A DNA stretch of 64,000 bases from Raillietiella orientalis (taxonomy: Eukaryota), in NCBI GenBank assembly GCA_036172245.1, contig JAYWIR010000125.1, forward strand, positions 1-64,000. Direction: 5' to 3'. The notes beneath the pieces are model-generated. The model was not told the DNA's origin and searched no databases. It saw nothing but the letters and a program-made list of their open reading frames with translations. This document shows positions 54,773 through 64,000 of this stretch, piece after piece; within the stretch, counting starts at the first letter, position 1; every line of letters begins with the position of its first letter. Made by a program: the position numbers and the translations under genes.

Positions 54773-57700
54773 GCGTTGCAACATGTGGTCTCTTGATTCC
54801 TTGCGAAAAAATCAATAGTTTTAAATTTTATTCATTGTCAAGGAAACGAATGTTGCAATCCAAAGAGCCATCATTGAGATTAATTGTATTTCAGAAACGA
54901 AAGATATTTTCGCATGTGTTAAAAATTATGTTTACCACAGCAAAAAGCCTTGTGTGTCTTACTTACATACAAGAAAATCGACGTTGCCCACAATGGAAAA
55001 GACGAAAAAGTGGAAATCAGAGGTTTCGAAACACATTGGAATATGGTGTGAAAAGTTAAAAACGGAGCGTCTGAAGATGCCAGAAGAGGATATAGAAGCT
55101 TCGTTTGGTTTGCTGTTCTCATGCGAAGCAGCTGTACATACAACAGATTATACTATAAATTCAATCAGCATTAACAAACCGAGAATACATTCTGTTGTGT
55201 AGCAAGCACTTGCAAGCAAACCAACATTTCAACCTCTGCACACGCATGACAACCGCGTTCTACGAAGTTCGTTAAGATTAGCAGTGCTTATGGAAGGATA
55301 AAAAAACAGGTATGGATATGCATAGATGATCCGAATCCTAGGTGTGGGCATAGTGGTGTTCAAACAGAAGCACTTTCTGTTATGGATAAAAGCCAAGAAG
55401 CGTACCATTATTAAAGAAATCAAGACATCATTTATCTAAAGCATTATAGGTAGTACCAAAATTGGCGAAGCAGTGGTTGCCGAATGGTTGTCGATACGAA
55501 ATATGCAACTGGTACATTCATGTGGAAGAGACGCTTCTTACAGTTCCATAGTTTTGAAATCTCGTAACTGAATTCTGGTGGCAAGAATGGAATTCTGAGA
55601 TCATTTCTCTTATGTCTAATCACGTTGGCATCAAAACTGTACACAATGGATTCAGTTGAAGATGATCAAAGAAGAGAGCTATGCTGCAATTTGGCGGAAA
55701 CCTTTCCTCTTCCTTCATATTGTTAGTGACTTCTGCAGGAAATTTGATCTGCCGTGAAAATTGATATCTTTAGATGGCTTGGTTTGTTGTTGCAGGGTCA
55801 GCAAAATACGCGTTCCACAATAGAGTATCCATTTGCATACTGCATACATTTTCTCCGTTAACATGTGAATTGGAAAAAAAAGTGTTGCAACATGTGGTCT
55901 CATGATAGCTTGCGAAAAAGTCAATAGTTTGAAATTTTATTCATGGTCAAGGAAACCAATGTTGCAATACAAAGAGCCATGATTGAGATTAATTGTATTT
56001 CAGAAATTAAGATATTCTTGCATGTGTTCAAAATTATGTTTACCATTGCAAAAAGCCTTGTGTGTCTTACTTACATACAAGAAAATCGACGTTGCCGACA
56101 ATGGAAAAGACGAAAAAGTGGAAATCAGAAGTTTCGAAACACACTGGAATATGGTGTGCAAAGTTAAATACGGAGCGTCTGAAGATGCCACAAGAGGATA
56201 TAGAATCTTCGTTTGGTTTGCTGTTCTCATGCGAAGCAGCTGTACATACAACAGATTATACTATAAAATCAATCGGCATTAACAAACCGAGAATACGTTC
56301 TGTTGTGTAGCAAGCACTTGCAAGCAAATCAACATTTCAACCTCTGCACACGCATGACAACCGCGTTATACGAAGTTCGTTAAGATTAGCAGTGCTTATG
56401 GAAGGATAAAAAAACAGCTTTGAAAATGCATAGATGATCCTAATCCTAGGTGTGCGTATAGTGGTGTGCAAACAGAAGCACTTTCTGTTATGGATGAAAG
56501 GCATGAAGCAGACCATTAGAAAAGAATTCACGACATTATTTTTAAAAGGCATTGTAGATAGCACCAAAATTGGCGAAGCAGTGGTTGCCGAATGGTCGTC
56601 GATACGAAATATGCAACTGGTACACTCATGTCAAAGAGTCGGTTCTTACAGTTTCATATTTTGAAATCTCGTAACTGAATTCAGGTAGCAAGAGTGGAAT
56701 TCTGAGATCGGATCTCTTATGTCTAATCATGTTGGCATCTAAGGTGTACACAATGGATCCAGTTGAAGACGATCAAAGAAGAGAGCAATGCTGTAATTTG
56801 ACGGAAACCTTTCCTCTTACTTCATATTGTTAGTGACTTCTGCAGGGAATTTGATCTGCCGTGAAAATTGATATCTTTAGATGGCTTGGTTTGTTGTTGC
56901 AGGGTCAGCAAAATACGCGTTCCGCAATAGAGTATCCATCTTCATACTGCATACATTTTCTCCGTTAACATGTGAATTGGAAAAAATAGTGTTGCAACAT
57001 GTGGTCTCATGATAGCTTGCGAAAAAGTCAATAGTTTGAAATTTTATTCATTGTCAAGGAAACCAATGTTGCAATCCAAAGAGCCATGATTGAGATTAAT
57101 TGTAGTTCAAAAAATAACATATTTTCGCATGTGTTCAAAATCATGTTTACCATTGCAAAAAGCCTTGGTGTCTTACTTACATACAAGAAAATTGACGTTG
57201 GCGACAATGGAAAAGACGAAAAAGTGCTAATCAGAGGTTTCAAAACACATTGGAATATGGTGTGAAAAGTTAAAGACGGAGCGTCTGAAGATGCCAGAAG
57301 AGGATATAGAAGCTTCGTTTGGTTTGCTGTTCTCATGCGAAGAGGCTGTACATACAACAGATTATACTATAAATTCAATCGGCATTAACAAACCGAGAGT
57401 ACGTTCTGTTGTGTAGCAAGCAGTTGCAAGCAAATCAACATTTTAGCTTCTGCAAACGCATGACAACCGCGTTCTACGAAGTTCGTTGAGATTATCAGTG
57501 CTTAAGGAAGGATAAAACAACAGGTATGGATATGCATAGATGATCCTAATCCTAGGTGTGCGCACAGTGGTGTGCAAACAAAAGGAATTTCTGTTATGGA
57601 TAAAAGGCATGAAGCGGACCATTACAAAAGAAATCAAGACATTATTTATGAAAGGCATTACAGATAGCACCAAAATTGGCGAGGCAGTGGTTGCCGAATG

Positions 57701-58092
57701 GTCGTCGATACGAAATATGCAACTGGTACAATCATGTCAAAGAGTCGGTTCTTACAGTTTCATATTTTAAATCTAGTAACTGAATTCTGGTAGCAAGAAT
57801 GGAATTCTGAGATCGGATCTCTTATGTGTAATCATGTTGGCATCTTAGGTGTACACAATGGATACAGTTGAAGACGATCAAAGAAGAGAGCAATGCAGTA
57901 ATTTGACGGAAACCTTTCCTCTTCCTTCATATTGTTAGTGACTTTTATACGGAATTTGATCTTTCGTGAAAATTGATATCTTTAGATTGCTTGGTTTGTT
58001 TTTGCAGGGTCAGCAAAATACGCGTTGCACAAAAGAGTACCCATCTGCATACTGCATACATTTTCTCCGTTAACATGTGAATTGGAAAAAAT

Positions 58093-60323
58093 AGGGTTCA
58101 AACATGTAGTCTATTGATACCTTGCGAAAAAATCAAGAGTTTGAAATTTTATTCATCGTCAAGAAAACCAATGTTGCAATCCAAAGACACATCATTGAGG
58201 TTGACCGTATTTCAGAAACGAAAGATATTTTCGCATGTGTTCCAAATTATGTTTACCACAGCAAAAAGCCTTGTGTGTCTTACTTACATACAAGAAAATC
58301 GACGTTGCCGACAATGGAAAAGACGAAAATGTTGAAATCAGAGGTTTCGAAACACATTGGAATATGGTATAAAAAGTTAAAGACGGAGCGTCTGAAGATG
58401 CCAGAAGAGGATATAGAAGCTTCGTCTCGTTTGGTTTTCTTATGAAAAGCCGCTGCACTCACAACAGATTGAATTATAAATTCAATCGGTATTAAACAAC
58501 GTAGAATACGTTGAGTTGTTTAGCAAAAACTTGCAAGCAAATTACCATTTCAAAATCTCCACACATATCGCAACCGCGTTATACGAAGTTTGCCAAGTTC
58601 AGCAGTGCTTATGGAAGGATAAAACAACAGGTTTGGAAATGCATAGATGAGGCTAATCCTAAGTGGGCGCTTAGTGGTGTGCAAACAAAAGCACTTTCCG
58701 TTATGGATAAAAGACATGAAGCAGAGCATTACAAAAAAAATCTTCACATCATTTATGAAAATAATTATAGATACGACCAAAATTGGCGAAGCATTGGTCG
58801 CCGAATGGACGTCGATACCAAATATGCAACTGGTGCACTCAGCGCAAAGAGACGCTTGTTACAATTTCATACTGTTGAAATTTCGAAACTGAATTGTCGT
58901 AGCAAGGATGGAATTCTAAGAAGAGACCTCTTATGTCTAATCACGTAGGCACCTAAGCACTTGAAAACGGATTCAGTTCAAGATGATCAAAGCAGGGAGC
59001 AATGCTGCAAACCGTATAAAACCATTCCTCTTCCTACATATTGTTAGTGACCTCTGCGCGTAATTTGTTCTGTCGAAGAAATTGAGATCTTTAGTTGGCT
59101 TGGTTTCTTGTTGCAGGCTCAACAAAATGCGCGTTGCTCGAAAGAATATCCATTTGCATCCTGCATACAGTTTCTCTGTAAGAATGTGAACTAAAAACAA
59201 CAGCGTTTAAAAAGTTGGTCTTCAGATTGCTTGCGAAGAAATGAATAGTTTGAAATTTTATTTATTGTCAAGGAAACCAATGTTGCAGACGGAAGACCAA
59301 TCATTGAGATTCATCGTATTTCAGAAAAAAAAGATACTTTTGCACGTGTTTCAAAATATGTTTGACATGGCAAAATGGATTTGAAATATTGTTCCCGTAG
59401 AAGAAGATCGCCGATGCCGACAATGGAATAGACAGGAAAGCGGAAAACTAAGATATTGAAAAATACTGGGAAATCGTTTGAAAAGTTGGAGCTGAATCGT
59501 CAGAAGAGGCCAGAAGAGGATACAAACGGTTCGTTACTTTTGCTGTTCTCATGCGAAGCAGCTGTACATACAACAGATTATACTATAAATTCAATCGGCA
59601 TTAACAAATCGAGAATACGATCTGTTATGTAGCAAGCACTTGCGATCAAATCAACATTTCAACCTCTCCACACATATCACAACCGCGTTATACGAAGTTT
59701 GCCATGTTCAGCAGTGCTTATGGAAGGATAAAAGAATAGGTTTGCAAATGCATAGATGAGGCTAATCCTAAGTGGGCGTTTAGTGGTGTGCGAACAAAAG
59801 CAATTTCTGTTACGGATGAAAGGCATGAAGGAGACCATTACAAAAGAAATCACGACATCATTAATGAAAGGCATTATAGATACGACGAAAATTGGCGAAG
59901 CATTGGTTGCCGAATGGTCGTGGATACGAAATATGCAACTGGCACATCCATCTCAAAGAGACGCTTCTTACAGTTTCATACTTTCGAAATCTCGTAACTG
60001 AATTCTGGTAGCAAGAATGGAATTCTGAGAACGGATCTCTTATGTCTAATCACGTTGCAATCTAAGGTGAACACAATGGATTCAGTTGAAGAAGATCAAA
60101 GAGGAGAGCAATGCTGCAATTTGTGGAAAACCTTTCCTCTTCCTTCATATTGTTAGTGACTTCTGCGCGGAATTTGATCTGTCGTTAAAATTGATATCTT
60201 TAGATGGCTTGGTTTGTTGTTGCAGGGTCAGCAAAATACGCGTTGCACAGAAGAGTATCCATCTGCATACTACATAGATTTTCTCCGTGAACATGTGAAA
60301 TGAAAACAATAGTGTTGCAACAT
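58093..60323. repeat. Diverged D1-D2 pair, copy 4
   Basis: D1 matches the copy-2 haplotype (GTAGAATACGTTGAG, GCAAAAACTTGC, ATATCGCAACC) at offset 24930. Confidence 0.9.
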
Positions 60324-62859
60324 GTGGTCTCATAATAGCTTGCGATAAAGCCAATAGTTTGAAATTTTATTCATTGTCAAAAAAAACCAATGTTGCAATC
60401 CAAAGAGCCATGATTGAGATTAATTGTATCTCAGAAAAAAACATATTTTCGCATGTGTTCCAAATTATGTTTACCACAGCAAAAAGCCTTGTGTGTCTTA
60501 CTAACATACAAGAAAATCGACGTTGCCCACAATGGAAAAGACGAAAAAGTGGAAATCAGAGGTTTCGAAACACATTGGAATATGGTGTGAAAAGTTAAAG
60601 ACGGAGCGTCTGAAGATGCCAGAAGAGGATATAGAAGCTTCGTCTCGTTTGGTATTCTCATGCGAAGCAGCTATACATACAACAGATTATACTATAACTT
60701 CAATCGGCATTAACAAATCGAGAATACGTTCTGTTGTGTAGCAAGCACTTGCAAGCAAATCAACATTTCAACCTCTGCACACGCATGACAACCGCGTTAT
60801 ACGAAGTTCGTTAAGATCAGCAGTGCTTATGGAAGGATAAAACAACAGGTATAGATATGCAAAGATCATCCTAATCCTAGGTGTGCTCATAGTGGTGTGC
60901 AAACAAAAGGAATTTCTGTTTTGGATAAAAGAGATGAAGCGGACCATTAAAAAAGAAATCAAGACATCATTTATAAAATGCATTACAGATAGCACCAAAA
61001 TTGGCGAGGCAGTGGTTGCCGAATGGTCGTCGATACGAAATATGCAACTGGTACATTCATCTGGAAGAGACGCTTCTTACAGTTTCATAGTTTTGAAATC
61101 TCGTAACTGAATTCTGGTAGCAAGAATGGAATTCTGAGATCGGATCTCTTATGTCTAATCATGTTGGCATCTAAGGTGTACACAATGGATTCAGTTGAAG
61201 ATGATCAAAGAAGAGAACTATGCTGCAATTTTTCGGAAACCTTTCCTCTCCCTTCATATTGTTAGTGACTTCTGCAGGGAATTTGACCTGCCTTGAAAAT
61301 TGATATCTTTGGATGGCTTCGTTTGTTGTTGAAGGGTCAGCAAAATACGCGTTGCACAAAAGAGTATCCATCTGCATACTGCATACATTTTCTCCGTTAA
61401 CATGTGAATTGAAAAAAATAGTGTTGCAACATGTGGTCTCATGATAGCTTGCGAAAAAGTCAATAGTTTGAAATTTCATTCATTGTCAAGGAAACCAATG
61501 TTGCAATCCAAAGGCCCATTATTGAGGCTAACCGTATATCAGAAACGAAAGATATTTTCGCATGTGTTCCAAATTATGTTTACCACAGCAAAAAGCCTTG
61601 TGTGTCTTACTTACATACAAGAAAATCGACGTTGCCCACAATGAAAAAGACGAAAAAGTGAAAATCAGAGGTTTCGAAACACATTGAAATATGGTGTGAA
61701 AAGTTAAAGACGGAGCGTCTGAAGATGCCAGAAGAGGATATAGAAGCTTCGTTTGGTTTGCTGTTCTCATGCGAAGCAGCTGTACATACAACAGATTATA
61801 CTATAAATTCAATCGGCATTAACAAACCGAGAATACGTTCTGTTGTGCAGCAAGCACTTGGAAGCAAATCAACATTTCAACCTCTGCACACGCAAGACAA
61901 CCGCGTTATACGAAGTTCGTTTAGAATAGCAGTGCTTATGGAAGAATAAAAAAACAGCTTTCAAAATGCATAGATGATTCTAATCCTAGGTGTGCGTATA
62001 GTGGTGTGCAAACAAAAGGAATTTCTGTTATGGATAAAAGGCATGAAGCGGACCATTACAAAAGAAATCAAGACATCATTTATGAAAAGCATTATAGATA
62101 GCACCAAAATTGGCGAAGCAGTGGTTGCCGAATGGTCGTGGATACGAAATATGCAACTGGTACATTCATGTGGAAGAGACGCTTCTTACAGTTCCATAGT
62201 TTTGAAATCTCGTAACTGAATTCTGGTAGCAAGAATGGATTTCTGAGATCGGATCTGTTATGTCTAATCACGTTGGCATCAAAACTGTACACAATGGATT
62301 CAGTTGAAGATGATCAAAAAAGAGAGGTATGCTGCAATTTGGCGGAAACCTTTCCTCTTCCTTCATATTGTTAGTGACTTCTGCAGGGAATTTGATCTGT
62401 CGTGAAAATTGATATCTTTAGATGGCTTGGTTTGTTCTTGCAGGGTCAGCAAAATACGCGTTGCACAGAAGAGTATCCATCTGCATAGTGCATAGATTTT
62501 CTCCGTGAACATGTGAAATGAAAACAATAGTGTTGTAACATGTAGTCTCATAATAGCTTGCGATAAAGCCAATAGTTTGAATTTTTATTCATTGTCAAGG
62601 AAACCAATGTTGCAATCCAAAGAGCCATCATTGGGATTAATTGTATTTCAGAAAATAACATATTTTCGCATGTGTTCCAAATTATGTTTACCACAGCAAA
62701 AAGCCTTGTGTGTCTTACTAACATACAAGAAAATCGACGTTGCCCACAATGGAAAAGACGAAAAAGTAGAAATCAGAGGTTTCGAAACACATTGGAATAT
62801 GGTGTGAAAAGTTAAAGACGGAGAGTCTGAAGATGCCAGAAGAGGATATAGAAGCTTCG

Positions 62860-63935
62860 TCTTGTTTGGTGTTCTTCAGAAAAGCAGCTGCACTCACAAC
62901 AGATTGAATTATAAATTCATTCGGCATTGACAAACAGAGAATACGTTGAGTTGTTAAGCAAACACTTGCAAGCAAATTACCATTTCAACCTCTCCACACA
63001 TATCATAACCGCGTTATACGAAGTTTGCCAAGTTCAGCAGTGCTTATGGAAGGATAAAACAACAGGTTTGGAAATGCATAGATGACGCTAATCGTAAGTG
63101 GGCGTTTAGTGGTGTGCAAACAAAAGCAATTTCCGTTATGGATAAAAGACATTAAGCAGAGCATTACGAAAAAAATTTTGACATCATTTATGAAAAGCAT
63201 TATAGATACGACCAAAATTGGCGAAGCATTGGTTGCCGAATGGACGTCGATACCAAATATGCAACTGGTGCACTCAGCACAAAGAGGCTCTTGTTACAAT
63301 TTCATACAGTTGAAATTTCGAATCTGAATTGTCGTAGCAAAGATGGAATTCTAAGAAGAGACCTCTTATGTCTAATCACGTCGGCACCTAAGCACTTGAA
63401 AACGGATTCAGTTCAAGATGATCAAAGCAGGGAGCAACGCTGCAAACCGTATAAAACCATTCCTCTTCCTACATATTGTTAGTGACCTCTGCGCGTAATT
63501 TGTTCTGTCGAAGAAATTGACATCTTTAGTTGGCTTGGTTTCTTGTTGCAGGCTCATCAAAACGCGCGTTGCTCGAAAGAATATCCATTTGCATACTGCA
63601 TACATTTACTGCGTAAGAATGTGAACTAAAAACAACAGCGTTTAAAAAGTTGGTCTTCAGATTGCTTGCGAAGAAATGAATAGTTTGAAATTTTATTCAT
63701 TGTCAAGGAAACCAATGCTGCAGACGGAAGACCAATCATTGAGATTCATCGTATTTCAGAAACAAAAGATACTTGTGCACGTGTTTCTAAATATGTTTGA
63801 CACAACAAAATGGCTTTGAAATAATGTTCCCGTAGAAGAAAATCGCCGATGCCGACAATGGAAGAGACAGGAAAAAGGATACCTAAGATATTGAAATACA
63901 CTGGAAAATCGTTTGAAAAGTTGGAGCTGAATCGT
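62860..63935. repeat. Fifth, more distant D1-like monomer
   Basis: Shares GCACCTAAGCACTTGAAAACGG and CAGACGGAAGACCAATC with D1 but has many private substitutions (GATGACGCTAATCGTAAG, CACAACAAAATGGCTTTG). Reverts to common-type sequence at ~63935. Confidence 0.85.
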
Positions 63936-64000
63936 CTGAAGATGCCAGAAGAGGATATAGAAGCTTCGTTTGGTTTGCTGTTCTCATGCGAAGCAGCTGT

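Larger units (their letters stand above)
1..64000. repeat. Tandem macrosatellite array, ~1106-bp monomer, ~58.4 head-to-tail copies, running off both window ends
   Basis: GTGTTGCAACATGTGGTCTC at 1 recurs at 1107. A homologous internal marker recurs at 455, 2657, 3763, 4867, 5971, 7078, 8186, 9292, 10398, 11506 and onward to 60768, ~61877 and ~62985 (58 copies). Spacing is mostly 1104-1109 bp. All copies share one orientation and there is no unique spacer DNA. Confidence 0.99.
54773..64000. repeat. HOR cycle 4, degenerate (E, A, B'/H, D1, D2, mosaics, D1-like)
   Basis: E ~55430 and D1 ~58647 (offset 24930 from the cycle-2 D1), then mosaic monomers and a further D1-like monomer only 4 periods later (~63082). 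Confidence 0.7.

Noticed and set aside
1..64000. CRISPR array or other repeat-spacer system
   Set aside because: There are no short repeats separated by unique spacers. The entire 1.1-kb unit is repeated and no cas-like ORF is present.
1..64000. Tandem IS/transposon copies, or a rolling-circle concatemer of a small plasmid or virus
   Set aside because: There is no transposase or Rep ORF and no terminal inverted repeats or target-site duplications. Structured, heritable divergence among monomers (up to ~25-35% locally) is incompatible with a concatemer of a single template.

Overview
The whole 64-kb window is one uninterrupted head-to-tail tandem array (macrosatellite) of a ~1106-bp monomer, about 58.4 copies. 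It is ~37% GC and CpG is not depleted. I find no credible protein-coding gene, RNA gene, transposon insertion, inversion or CRISPR array; the ORF track only re-reports the same short chance ORFs once per monomer. The information lies in how monomer variants are arranged. (i) Positions 1-5.5 kb are near-homogeneous with a weak dimer periodicity. (ii) Positions 5.5-18.8 kb consist of patchwork monomers built from three variant haplotypes. (iii) From 18.8 kb onward there is an irregular higher-order repeat (HOR) of about 10-13 monomers, probably an ancestral 11-mer of ~12.15 kb, marked by recurring strongly diverged monomers. (iv) One out-of-register junction at ~40707 removes 532 bp plus probably one whole monomer. 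(v) Several private indel-rich patches look like long-read consensus noise. The best reading is eukaryotic satellite DNA, possibly (peri)centromeric heterochromatin, from a host with little CpG methylation. Host and function cannot be established from this sequence. Variant labels (A, B, C, D1, D2, E, F, G, H, J, K) are my own, and identities and counts are by-eye estimates.
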